A stretch of DNA of 64,000 nt from Lophium mytilinum (taxonomy: Eukaryota). Where the stretch lies: the NCBI GenBank assembly GCA_010093605.1, contig MU004183.1:2480001-2544000 (forward strand), read 5' to 3'. Made by a program: the position numbers and the translations under genes. Below, in pieces: positions 38,822 through 50,680 of this stretch. Numbering within the stretch: the first letter of the stretch is position 1; every line of letters starts with the position of its first letter. Under the pieces are notes generated by a model, which was not told the DNA's origin, did no database searches, and saw only the letters and a program-made list of their open reading frames with translations.

Positions 38822-39328
38822 CTACCCACAAAGCCCCCACTTAGTCACAAACTTATCCAACTTTTTAACACAGCTCGCACACGCACAGAGCTATTCAACC
38901 CAGCTATTAGCCAGCCTCTAAACCCCTTTCCTCATAGCGCGACAACCTACCTTATCCTTGGCGCCGCACGCAAGAACCCCCACCCAATTATCCGTGCTGA
39001 TAGCCTCCGAGATACAGGCTACAGAGGTAATGATGGACACGCACTTCAAGACCTTGCAGCTGGCTTGCGCGGAGGCGTATTCGAAGGCTTCGGCGATGGC
39101 TGCTGGGTATTAGCCTGCGCTGTGGGACTTTTTAGGGAAATGGGGGCAGGGGAGAGGGGAAGTACCGGCTTGCTCGCTAGTGCGAGGTGTGATGGGAATG
39201 GCCACAATCTCCTTTTCGGGGAGGGCGCGGATGACGCCCACGGCCGCGGGGGCGGGTTCGGTAGGGATGGCGAGGATGATTGCGGAGAGGAGGGTGGTGA
39301 CGAAGAGGACGAGGGTGTTGAGATGCAT
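38822..39328 (-). CDS. Small secreted 8-Cys protein, probable fungal calcium-binding protein (CBP) family
   Basis: Exons 39328..39166, 39102..38951, 38890..38822 with GT-AG introns and GCTAAT branch sites; 127 aa; signal peptide MHLNTLVLFVTTLLSAIILA; C-terminal domain SCKVLKCVSIITSVACISEAISTDNWVGVLACGAKDKLCACASCVKKLDKFVTKWGLCG. Confidence 0.8.
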
Positions 39329-40418
39329 GGTGAAGGGAAGAGCGATGAGCTTGAGCGATCTAGAGACTTGGAGGTTGTGGTTGTTGGTTGGAGTGAGTGG
39401 GTTGATGTTTTCCTAGTCCTGCAGATGATCTTCTCTTATATCTCTCGTGGCCGGACCGGCGTATAGCATAAAACATTCTCTAGACTCTAGAGAGCAGCAG
39501 CTGCGAATGGCGCGCATTGACGGTATGCGATGGAGCTTTTCGACCGGTGTACCCATCGTGGAGGGTCGCCGGGGAGTTCGAAGGAGTCTAGAGTCGGTGA
39601 TATCCACCTGCTGTGCCTGAGCGCGGACGTCTTGGAAGTTGAAATGGGGACAGTACGGTCTCTTTGCGTAGTAGTGGAGACCTCTAATGGTCGTGGAAGG
39701 TAAGAGATGGTCTGTGCTACTTCACGCATGAAGCCCGATCGTGTCGCTGGAGAATGAAGATGCGGGAAAGGCGGTCAAGGTTAGAGTCATTCCCCGGATT
39801 CATCGAGGTTTGGGTGGCACGAAGATTTGACGACACGTGAAGAGATGGAACGAGAGGGTAATGAGAACAAGTGACAGGAATAATCACCCTTCATCATTGG
39901 CTCACAGGTACTAGAAATACCATTATGTCGAATCTGTTGCAAAGCCTTTGCTTCACCGGTGGTATGAAGACAAGCAGTAGTGTTTCGACGCCCTTGCATA
40001 TCACTGCTGATATCTATTGATTGGAAGATCAGACACCTATCTTGGAAACTTGTCAGAACGGGATCTTGGCAGGGAATGACTGCGTCCCTTACATTCCGCA
40101 CAAAGCAGTGTCGTGTCACACTCATGGAGTTTCTAGATTAGCAATTGGACCCTCATTTTACATTTCAAAACACGTGATGATTGATGAGAGGAGATGGAGA
40201 ACGAAGAGTTCATTCGGGTGTCCTGAGCAAACGCGCCTGTCCCGCCTCGCATTACTTATGCACTATCTTGGCAATGCAAGGGCCAATTTTGAGAGCAACC
40301 AAAGAGACTTATCGTGGTCAATCAAATATGTCAACTCCAACTATCGCCTGTCATACCCAGCAACTCCTTGTAACTCAAAACGCCTTGTACAGCATTCAGG
40401 AAGTGAGAGATCTCCATA

Positions 40419-41487
40419 TCAAACACCGGCTACTTCAGGATCAACGTCGAGGTTCCAGTCAATCTCAGAGCCCTCTCCGTAGCGCGTGACGAGCCATTCG
40501 TTCGTCTTCTTGAAGTGACCGCAATCGAACTATGACAGTGTGTTAGCCCAGTTCGGACTTTGTAACAATTGAATCTGGAATGCAATGTTACTTACGAAAC
40601 CTTTCGAAGCACTAAGCGGGCTAGGGTGAACACTCTTAAGAATGTGGTGCTTCGTTGAGTTGATCTTCGACACGCTGGCTGCCGCCGAATTGCCCCAGCA
40701 AAGGAATACGACGCCATTGCTCCTCACTCTGGACACTGTCTCGATGACTTTGGACGTCAACGCCTCCCACCCCTTCCCTTTGTGAGAGTTGGCGTCACCT
40801 CGACGCACGGTCAGGACAGTGTTGAGGAGTAGCACGCCATGGTCGGCCCAAGGGGTCAGCAGACCGGAGTTCTTGGGTGGCGGCTTGAAGTCTGGGTAGT
40901 CCTTGGTAAGGGCCTTGTACATGTTCTTCAGGGACGGAGGGGCCGGTGTAGGCGGCCGGACGGAGAAGCAGAGGCCGTGTGCTTGATTGGGACCGTGATA
41001 TGGGTCCTGGCCGAGAATGACGGCCTTGACGGTGTGGAGTGGTGTGTGACGGGACCTATGAGACATGATCAGCAATTGAAGATGCAGACTTGGTGCCGAT
41101 TCTAGGCTACAGAGAGGAAAGGAATTGGAGGAAGAATTGAGAATCCTACCAGCTATACACGTCCTTCATGGGAGGATACACGGTTCCGTTCGCAACCTCC
41201 TTCTTCAAGAACCGCTTCAGGTCCAGGAAGTCATCCTTGACAATCTCATCCTTCAGCTGAGCAAGCCAGCTCTCGTCGAGCGTGTCAATTTCAAGCTTCA
41301 ACAACTCCTTCTGCTCCTCGGTGAGTTTCTCAACCCAGGCCTCCTTGTCAAATTTGGCTGGAGCAGTGGCAGCCTTCGTTGGGTTGGGCTTAGGCGCGCC
41401 GAAGAAAGACGTGATGCTACCCTGACTGGCGGTCTTTGCCTTCTTCGCATCGGTGGCGAGTTCTGCTGCCTTGCGCTTGAGGGACAT
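40419..41487 (-). CDS. UNG1: Uracil-DNA glycosylase
   Basis: VILGQDPYHG, AHGLCFSV, PPSLKNMY, GVLLLNTVLTV, HPSPLS, FDCGHFKKTNEWL; QGSITSFF PIP-box-like motif; two introns. Confidence 0.97.
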
Positions 41488-41912
41488 GATGGCAAGCTAT
41501 GAGGAAGTTCCAATTGGAATTGGGGGATAGTCGGGAAAAGAGGAGACGCGGGCGACGCGTTATAAAGGTGGTCGGGGATTAAGTGACGGCCCATGCGCTC
41601 TCTAGGCGGCAACCCCAGCTTTCGGCCCCCATTCGCGTGATTGTCGCGAAGCAACGTGCTTACGCGCCATGCCGGTTACGTCACAGCACGCTGTGAATGG
41701 ATAATTGCACGGATGGTAAACAGGCAGGCAGGCAGGCAACATGGATCACCTGTTGCGTTTGTTTGCTCAAAATTATAAAGCCCTATGACCTCAGAGGTGA
41801 GAAGTCAGATATATAAGCCTTCGCTCAGTGTCTCTTCCTTCTATTCTACCACACTACAACAACCCAATACCAAAGTCTACACTACAACACAAGACTTTCT
41901 TCCTCAATCAAA

Positions 41913-42471
41913 ATGACTGAAAACACGAACCCTGCCAACTTCGCCAACCGCCCGACCGAAGAGGTCCGCGAGATTGCTGCTATGGGTGGTCGAGCCAGCC
42001 ATGGCGGCCACGGTGGGAAGGGAGCTGACACCGAAGTGAGTGAACACTATTATGAACCCACGTAGTTCTCCATGCGCCCAACTAGATACTGACCTGCTTG
42101 GAAGTCCCACCCAGACCGCAATCCCGACGGAACCTTCACCAAGGGCAGCGAGCTTGCCAAAGAACTCGGAGCCCAAGGCGGCCACCTCAGCCATGTCAAC
42201 GATGGCAACGATGGCACTACTCACCCCGATCGCAATGCCGATGGAACCTTCACCAAGGGAAGTGAGGCTGCTAAAGAGGCTGGCATCAAGGGTGGACATG
42301 CGGCCCACCATACAGTAAGTGTGGATTAGACACAGGTCCAGATAGGTCACTGATGGGTAACAGACTGAGCATCCCGACCGCAACCCCGATGGAACCTTCA
42401 CCAAGGGCTCCGAAGCTGCCAAAGAGGCCGGAGTCAAGGGCGGACATGCAAGCCACGGTGCGGCTGTTTAA
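41913..42471 (+). CDS. CON-10-like conidiation/stress protein with KGG-type repeats
   Basis: MTENTNPANFANRPTEEVREIAAMGGRASH, then three HPDRN(P/A)DGTFTKGSE..KE.G.(K/Q)GGH repeats. Introns 42036..42104 and 42315..42363; TATA-like ATATAAG at about 41810. Confidence 0.85.
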
Positions 42472-43977
42472 GCTGCGGATGTGGGCGTCGATGAGCTGAG
42501 CTTATCATGGGACAACTACTTTCTTTTGGTTTGACGAATATGGATTGAGGCTAGCATGAAAAGTTATGAGACCAATGACACTCCTTTCAAACCTCAGTAA
42601 ATCAAATCGATTCTGAGATGAGACACTTACTTCCTTACCTACGCATCCCTCATGGCGATTCTGTTGAATGACTACCACGAGCCTCCACAAGTAAGCTTGA
42701 TGGACTATGTTGAGCAACTGACATCGTTCTATGCCCACAATAATGTCCCGGTATAAGTTAGGAGGAGCCCAATCAACCTCCGAGTGCATGTGGCTAATAA
42801 TCGGAGGTAAGGCTCCTGCCACGTCGGAGTCTAGGCCCTTAAATGCAGCGACGGTTTGATGCAGGGGAATATAATGGCAAGATATTGACTTGCAGGAGGG
42901 TACAGAACGTATGGACAGTCCCCTCTGACCTGCGTATACCTTCTCTTTGCTTTGAAGTACTTTGATGATGATTTCGAGACGAGGTATGTTGCTACCTTAA
43001 CAGAGAGGGGGTATTTGACAGAATATATCCCGAGTACATGAGATTGGAGAAGAGCTCGAAAAATGTGGATCAGTGTGGAGTGAGGGGTCCAATACCTTCT
43101 GCGCTGGAAACCACTCCCTGCTCTCTAATTCAGCCACCAACACTCCGAGGCCACGATGCCGGATCCTCCGACGCAGCGTCACGCAGGCGGGTCAGACCTG
43201 CTGTGCCGCCGGGTGGCTTATGGTGTCTCCGGAAACTGACCCGGGAATGCAGTAGTGCCCAACCGGAGGATGGTGGTATGCTGTCTATTGGGCACATCCA
43301 GTCTTGCTTCTCGCGTCCTCTGCAATCAGCTGTCAGCGTCTTCGCAACGAGGAACGTGGAGCAGGAAGCTCTGGGGTCTTTGCACATGTGTGTCAGACAG
43401 CACAGCGATCAGCGCATGTTATTGGGCGGGAAGAGACAGGTGGGTGAGCGGTGGGTGAGCGGGCGTCTTGATTGGGAAACTTGTCGTCGAATAGCTCATT
43501 TCTAAGCGGCCGTGAACTTGAGGGCTGAGACTGGGTAGAAGCTGGAAATACCTCACTGCTCGATATTCACACCACGGTCAGTGCTATGGCGACGAAAGCA
43601 GTTTTGCTGGACTCGCCGCAGTCTGTTCTATCATGTAGCGCGAGCGGCGCTCTTTAGCCGGTAGAAGACGTCGAGAAATGAGAGTGACAAGCAAATAGAA
43701 ATCTCTGCACTTTTGACCTTGTGCTGCCCTGTGGAAGGGGCTGATCTGAGCCTAAACCGCCGTTGAATCCCACCACTCGGGGTCGTAAGCACGAGTGACA
43801 GCGCAGACGGCGCGTGGTGGTGATTGGGGATGTGTGTACCTTGTACGAAGTAGAGCCCGCCGGGCTCGGATCTTTCGCGCGCCCAAACCCAACGACCAGG
43901 CCGCTGGGAAACCACTACACTGGAAAGTCACTCCCGTTGCGCACCGGCCCTCTCCAGATGCTCCTGTTGCCGTCAAT

Positions 43978-45486
43978 ATGTCTCTGAGCATCCCCCTCCA
44001 GCACGAGTCGGATGACCCGTCGTCTGGCGAAGCCGTCAGCCCGCGCTCCATTATCGAGCCCGACGTACGTCAAAGCCCACTGGCTGCTTTCTAGCCTTTC
44101 CAACCGCCCCGCTCACTCAGCTAACACGCCTCTGCATACACAGTCCGATCTGTCGGACAGCGCCCAGAGTGACTTCACGTTGGTGTCCCTAACGCGCCCG
44201 GCGTGCTCAATTGCGGTTGCTTATGGCTGTACAGGAGCACAAAGTCGGCCAACCAGAGCATCTTTGACTACGTTCGCGAGAATGGAAGGACTTATCACAG
44301 ATACCAAGCCGGAAGTACGTCGAGTCCCTTCAATGGCACCTTGGGTGCGTCATACAACGCATCTTTGCTGACAGTGTGCTAGCATACCCGTTCCCGAACG
44401 ATCAGGTAAATTTTACTGCCAGCACTCACGGCCCATGGTTGTACTGATGCGGACTCGGGCAGTCGGAGATTGAGCGAATGGACCTCCTGTACGAGATACT
44501 GAAGGTACTGTTCAAGGGAAAGCCGCATTTTGCCCCGCTCAAGCACCCAAGAAAGGCCATGGACATCGGGACGGGCAGTGGCAAATGGGCTATAGAAATG
44601 GGTGAGCAGACACGTCGTTCATGTTCGGGGAGCAATGTTGACATTTTCAAGGCCACAAGTATCCTAACTGCGAGGTATGTAGTCAATTGGCCGGTAAGAA
44701 CTAGATTCTCATGTACCACAGATCACCGGAACAGACCTCTCGCCCATACAGCCGGAGTGGTAAGCAAGCTCTTTCACGCACAGGACTATACTGCTTCTAA
44801 ACGCTCTAGTAGGGTCCCAAACAACGTCAAATTTGTCATCGATGACGCGAACGAGGAGGACTGGATGGTCGACCCAGACTCCCACGACTATATCCACACC
44901 CGGGTGCTGCTCGGTGCCTTCCAGGACTTCAGAGAGATCATCGCCAAATCATACAAATACTTGAAACCGGGCGGATGGATGGAGTCGCAGGAGTATATGT
45001 CGACCATGTACTGTGACGATGGTACGATGCGTACCGACAACAAGTTCGCCGAGTGGACAAAGACCCAAGACCAAGCAGCGATGTCGATGGGTCGACCTCT
45101 CCGCATTGCGAACAAGTTGAAGCGCTGGTACGAGCAAGCTGGATTCGTAGACGTGCACGAAGAAGTCTTCAAGCTCCCTGTGAACTCGTGGCCGAAAGAC
45201 CCGCAGTTCAAGATGCTTGGCCGGTTCAATGAAACGCAGATATACGATGGTCTACAGGCCTTCAGTTTGCAGATGTTCCAAAAGGGTCTAGGATGGACCA
45301 AAGACGAAATCGAGGTCTACCTTGTCCAAGTGAGAAAGTCGCTGTCAGATCGGACCACCCACGCATATCATCGAATGTAGGCCTCTCTCCTGTCGCCCTT
45401 TCCTCGTGAAATTCTTTGCTAATGTGTCTCCTAGTTATGTCGTATGGGGTCGGAAGCCGACCGAAGAAGAGATCGCTCGCCGGTGA
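43978..45486 (+). CDS. LaeA-like SAM-dependent methyltransferase
   Basis: ENGRTYHRY, YPFPND..EIERMD, MDIGTGSGKWA, GTDLSPIQP, YKYLKPGGWME, YVVWGRKP. Eight introns: 44065-44143, 44179-44234, 44315-44382, 44406-44462, 44602-44651, 44675-44721, 44760-44812, 45377-45434. Confidence 0.9.
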
Positions 45487-46247
45487 CCCCATATCTTTCC
45501 AGCATTAAGCATTCATCTAGCACGCCATCTAGCCACGACTTTAACGACTTTCTTCTATTTATTCTCCAGCATTTCAGCGGCGTAAAAATTGGATACATGA
45601 GCGGTTTTAAGTCCTTCTCGTACCTTTGTAGTACTGCTGCAAGAACCCTCCTCTCTGGCGTCGGCGCAACGCAGCTATCGTGCTAGTACCAATTCGCATC
45701 AGTCAGGCCCTCTAGTTGCACCAGACGGGATGAGCATGCATCGGAGGATCTGGCTGGCCATACGAAGGACAAAATAGTAGCGTTTGAAAGGACCTAGGCG
45801 AATAATTATGTGCGTGGTGGAAATGCTGGCTTTCTCTTGCCGCGGGAGGACATTCCAACACTACCGCATAGACCTATGGCCTAGATCAACGGGCTGCAAG
45901 ACCCACCTCCGTAGTCAAATCAGTATCAATAGACAATCTCTAAGAAGCCATTAGTCTTGTCTGTGTTCTGTACATAGCAAGATGCTATTGATTCGAGTGG
46001 AGTATCGGATTGATTTCTGGACGTGTTGTCAGGCGGTAGGCACTCCAGACCTGATGGGATCCAGGCCGTCGAAATGCGTTTCTGATACACATGTGTGAAC
46101 TGAAGATGCATTCAACTGACAAATTCTAGGAATGTCTTTCTTCTGGAATCAGAACGAGCGAACACCTGTCAAGTCATGTGACGAGAATCCAGATCGAGTA
46201 CCTCCTCGGGGAAGCTCATTCGTTTACTATTGGCTAATGAAACCTCA

Positions 46248-47143
46248 AGATAAGGTATCCCACGCTTGCGGGAGCGCGGCGACAAGCACTGACTCCAGAG
46301 AGGCCTATTCAGCCACAGCGCGCTTCAGGTTGCACGACACCTGCTCCATCCGACGCCTCACAACAGGAAAAGCTTCGTTTCTGCGCGACGAAGCTCTTTC
46401 AACTTGCAACACGGTGCCAAGACGAAACGTCGGTCTTCGTAACATAACCAGCTACTAATAGCATTGTTACCAAAACGCGCAGTGTAACAGCGACAAGAGG
46501 TAACGACGCAGAGCCCAAAAGTGATTGCCAGGAGACCCACAATCGGCAAAAGCGCGCGCGAGGACTCTATCAACGCAGAATATGACAGGAAACTGGTTGA
46601 CAGAGCCCGCGGAGAAGACACAAATATGAAGTCGGTGGCCTCGAGTGTGAGGTCGGGATCTTGATAACGCCAGAAAAGGACAGTTACACACGCTACGAGA
46701 TAAGACGACGTGGGCGATCTTCAATCTCTACGCCCCCTGGCCCAATCATTTCCCGTGTTTTCTTTTTCTTCTCTTCACAATTCGGCCTACTGGAAATGAA
46801 GCCATCGCCGGTCGCGAATGCCCTAGCCCAGCGTCACCCTTCAGGTCAGTGACATCTCTTGCATCAGGATTCAGAGATCTCGGAACCGCTAGCCAGGCGA
46901 CTGTGCATCTTCTCAGCTAGCTCCATTTCCTTATCTGGGGAAATATCAAATTAGCATTGGCACTTGCGCCCTACTCCCGCGGCGGCGCACCTGGGCAGAC
47001 GTCTTCGGGGCTGGACTGACGGCTGGCTTGCCAGATCTATGCATGGGTGTCGTCCGCGGATTCGTGAGATCCAAGCCCTGGTAGAGAACTCCGGAGAAGC
47101 TTCATATTCTGTCCCAGCAGACAGGTTGCCCCATGGTTATAAA
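46248..47143 (+). promoter_or_regulatory. Nitrate-inducible promoter: NirA/NIT4 sites, AreA/NIT2 GATA sites and TATA box
   Basis: CTCCGCGG (minus strand, 46607-46614) fits the NirA consensus CTCCGHGG; TCCGCGGA at 47053-47060 is the NIT4 palindrome; HGATAR at 46248, 46567, 46662, 46698, 46931; TATAAA at 47138. Confidence 0.7.
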
Positions 47144-47287
47144 GCGGCACAGGTCTCAGGGCTGTCGTATTCGACGCAAGGGCACCACCGCATCTACTTC
47201 ATCCCGCAATCTCCCTCGTCGGCATTCTCCCTCTATCTTGCTTGACCCTTCAACTGGCATCCCCTAAGTAATACAACACACGTCAAG

Positions 47288-48923
47288 ATGGTCAACATCG
47301 CGCTCCTCTGGAAGGCCCCGGAGATCAATCCAGTGAACAAGAAAGCGAGATCGATACCCTTCTTTAACCCAATCAACGTCTATGGACGCGTCTTCTTCTT
47401 CGCCTGGTTCGGTTTCATGATCGCGTTCTGGTCGTGGTATGGTGAGTGATGATGCTCGCCTGCATATGCTCATAAACGAACCCTAGTCTAACCTGGGATG
47501 CAGCCTTCCCTCCGCTTTTATCAGATGTGATCGCAGGGGATCTCCACATGAAGCCGTACCAAGTGTCCAACTCGAACATTATTGCTTTGACAGCAACGTA
47601 AGCCCGTCCAGTTCAACCCTCTTTTCATTGTACGTCCACTAACGGCCCCACAGTCTTCTTGTTCGTCTTGTCGCTGGACCATGTTGTGACCGCTTCGGAC
47701 CTCGTCTTACATTTGCTGGATGTCTTCTTGCTGGAGCTGTTCCCACCTTCCTCGCAGGAGCGGTTTACAATGCGTCCGGTCTCTACGCTCTTCGGTTCTT
47801 CATCGGCATACTTGGTGGCAGCTTCGTTCCTTGCCAGGTATGGACTACTGGGTTCTTCGACAAGAATGTTGTTGGCACAGCCAATGCTCTGACTGGAGGC
47901 CTCGGTAACCTTGGTGGTGGCATCACCTACTTCGTTATGCCCGCTGTCTATAATGCTCTCCGGAAAGATGGTCTTACCAAGCACGTAGCCTGGAGGGTCT
48001 CGTTCGTCGTCCCAGGTATCCTAATTGTTTCCGTCGCCGCTTTGCTGGTCCTCCTTTGTCCCGATTGCCCTACCGGCAGGTGGTCAGAACGACAAGCTGT
48101 CGTAGACGCTAGCCTGCAGCAACACAGCGTCGCCGGTGTTGTCGATGTCCCAGGCCATATCTCCGTCGAGAAGAAGGAGACTGGCACCTCATCTCCAACT
48201 CACTCCGATGACGAGAAGAAACACGGCTGGGCAGACAATGAGGCTCAAATGACCGACCAAGCTATGCTCGACACTGCCCGAGGCGAGGTAATTCAAAAGC
48301 CAACCATGAAGGAGATCCTCTCCGTCTGTTGCTCGCCTCAAACCCTCGTCACTGCGGCCGGATACTTCTGCTCTTTCGGTGCTGAGCTCGCGATCAACAG
48401 CGTCCTTGGAAACTACTACCACAAGAACTTCCCCAAGCTCAGCCTCCAAGAGACTGGCAACTGGGCTGCCATGTTCGGTCTGCTCAATGGCGTAACGCGA
48501 CCTCTTGGTGGATACGTCTCCGATCTTGCCTACCGCCGAACGAAGAGCGTCTGGGCCAAGAAGATCCTTCTCCACACCTACGGTGTCATCACCGGCTGCT
48601 TCCTAATTGCTATCGGTGTGCTTGACTCCAAGAGCAAGGCTACTATGTTCGGTCTTATCGCTGGTATGGCATTCTTCCTCGAGGGTGGCAACGGTTTGAA
48701 CTATGGCCTTGTCCCTTTTGTCCACCCTTACGCCAATGGTGTTGTGTCTGGCTTCACTGGCGCGGCTGGTAACTTGGGTGGTATTATCTTTGCTATCATT
48801 TTCAGGTACAACGGCAAGAACTTTGGTAAGGTTTTCTGGATTATTGGCATAATACATATCGCTATTAATCTGGCTGTGTCGTGGATCAAGCCGATTCCCA
48901 AAGGTCAAGTGGGAGGACGCTGA
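47288..48923 (+). CDS. High-affinity nitrate/nitrite transporter (NRT2/NNP family, CrnA/NrtA-like)
   Basis: [38 protein letters not shown]; nitrate signatures [16 protein letters not shown] and [22 protein letters not shown]; two introns. Confidence 0.93.
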
Positions 48924-49300
48924 GTGTTTTGGTTAGAAACTTGAGCTTTGTTTGTTGTATCTTTTGCAAAGGTTTCGTCATGTAATGAGACGAGTCCTGG
49001 AATAGTGCTGTCTCCTGTTTTTAGTCGAGTGGCCCTTGAGATATCCAAAATGTAAATGTTGTTATCTTCATAATCAGCATGCTTGGGACGCTTGTGATAT
49101 TAGCCTCTACTTACTTGGATATCCTTAACGAAAACCCTGAAGCATCCTGATTGCTAGAACCGTACTTACATGGTCCTTGATCACATGACTGGTGATAAAT
49201 GAAGCAAGTTTAACCGAGTGCCAAGTCCCGTTGAACCTCATTCCTTGAGTTTCGTGTTCACCTCCACCAAATACAAATCCAAGGGCAAAGATTATACAAC

Positions 49301-50680
49301 ATGTCCCTGGCACGAGGAGAACGGTTCGAACTCAACCTTGACTCCGATGATGAGGAACAAGATGCGCAACAAGAGAATCACGAAGCTGCTGCGCAAATAC
49401 CGCCCATCTACAACTTCGTTGGTGATATCAAAGAGCGCGTATCTACTACAGCGAAGCCTCCAACAGCCCCAACAATGAGGAGTAGTCAAAGCGGGTTCCC
49501 GACGCATAAGAAACGAGAGAGAGTCTCCGCGTTCAAACAACAAAGAGCTGCAAATGCGACTCCAAATAACCAAACTGCGCCTGCAACGTCCAGGAACTCT
49601 CAAGTACCGAGGCGCGATAGCGAGCTAACACACGAGGAAGCCGAGCGGGAACGAATAGACCAAGAAAACAACCAGCGCCTCGCCGAGATGTCACCAGATG
49701 AAATAGAACAAGAGCAGAAAGAGCTTTTCGAGGGCCTAAGTCCAGCACTCATCCAGCGGCTGCTCGGACGCGCCACTATCGACGATGGGCGAAACGAGAA
49801 AGCATTCGATTCAATGCTACCCTCTACTGATCCTCCTAGATCCCCTACAAAAGCAAAAGCCGAGTCCTCCAGCAAGAAAGTCACTTTCGACACCTCAGTC
49901 CCCGATACACCCACAACCACCGAACCCGCCGCTCCTCCATCCCCACAACTACAACCCGCTACAGAACCAATACCCGACCCTCCAAGCATCCACTTCCCCC
50001 AATCTCCCCACCCACCCGACCTCGACCCCTCCTCTTCAACATTCCTCACAGACCTCCACGACCACTACTTCCCTTCCCTCCCATACGACCCTGCCCGCCT
50101 CGCCTGGCTCACACCCCTCGACCCCGCCGACACATCATCCCCATACCACCCCTCTCAAGACGCGCTGAACCCCTCAGACCTGCGCTTCGGCTTCAACGGC
50201 GCCCTCATCCCGCCCCGCATGGCCGCCTCTATATCAACGACAAAGGGCTTGCATCACCACGGCGACGCGCCCGAGGCGGCTGGGTACACGGTCCCGGAGC
50301 TCGCGCGGCTGGCGAGGAGTAAAGTGGCTGCGCAGCGATGTGTGGCGTTCCAGACGCTGGGGCGGGTGCTTTATAGGCTGGGCAGGGGGGAGTTTGGGGT
50401 TGAGGAGGGTGTGGTCACGGTGGATGGGCCGGTGCGGGTGGCGAAGGATCTAGGAATGGCGGGGGATGAGGAGGATGGATCGGGCGAGGGGGATAGGGAG
50501 GAGAGTGTCGGCTCGGCGATGTGTAGGGGACTTTGGGAGTGTATGGAGGAGGGGAGGGTGGTGGAGACGCTGGTGGATGAGTCGGAGAGGGAGGGTGGCC
50601 ATTTGACGGCGAAGACGTATGCGCAGGAGGCGTTGTGGAATTGGAGGAGGGGGGGTGGGAGGAAAAGGAAGGCGGTTTGA
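49301..50680 (+). CDS. RBA50: RNA polymerase II assembly factor (RPAP1/RBA50 family)
   Basis: IDQENNQRLAEMSPDEIEQEQKEL (RPAP1_N-type); LRFGFNG..GLHHHGDAPEAAGYTVPELARLARSKVAAQRCVAFQTLGR (RPAP1_C-type). Confidence 0.92.
   Translation: MSLARGERFELNLDSDDEEQDAQQENHEAAAQIPPIYNFVGDIKERVSTTAKPPTAPTMRSSQSGFPTHKKRERVSAFKQQRAANATPNNQTAPATSRNSQVPRRDSELTHEEAERERIDQENNQRLAEMSPDEIEQEQKELFEGLSPALIQRLLGRATIDDGRNEKAFDSMLPSTDPPRSPTKAKAESSSKKVTFDTSVPDTPTTTEPAAPPSPQLQPATEPIPDPPSIHFPQSPHPPDLDPSSSTFLTDLHDHYFPSLPYDPARLAWLTPLDPADTSSPYHPSQDALNPSDLRFGFNGALIPPRMAASISTTKGLHHHGDAPEAAGYTVPELARLARSKVAAQRCVAFQTLGRVLYRLGRGEFGVEEGVVTVDGPVRVAKDLGMAGDEEDGSGEGDREESVGSAMCRGLWECMEEGRVVETLVDESEREGGHLTAKTYAQEALWNWRRGGGRKRKAV

Noticed and set aside
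21073..41487. Genome-defence island (RdRP + EXO1 + UNG1)
   Set aside because: Ordinary eukaryotic genes separated by unrelated housekeeping genes; nothing in the sequence links them functionally.
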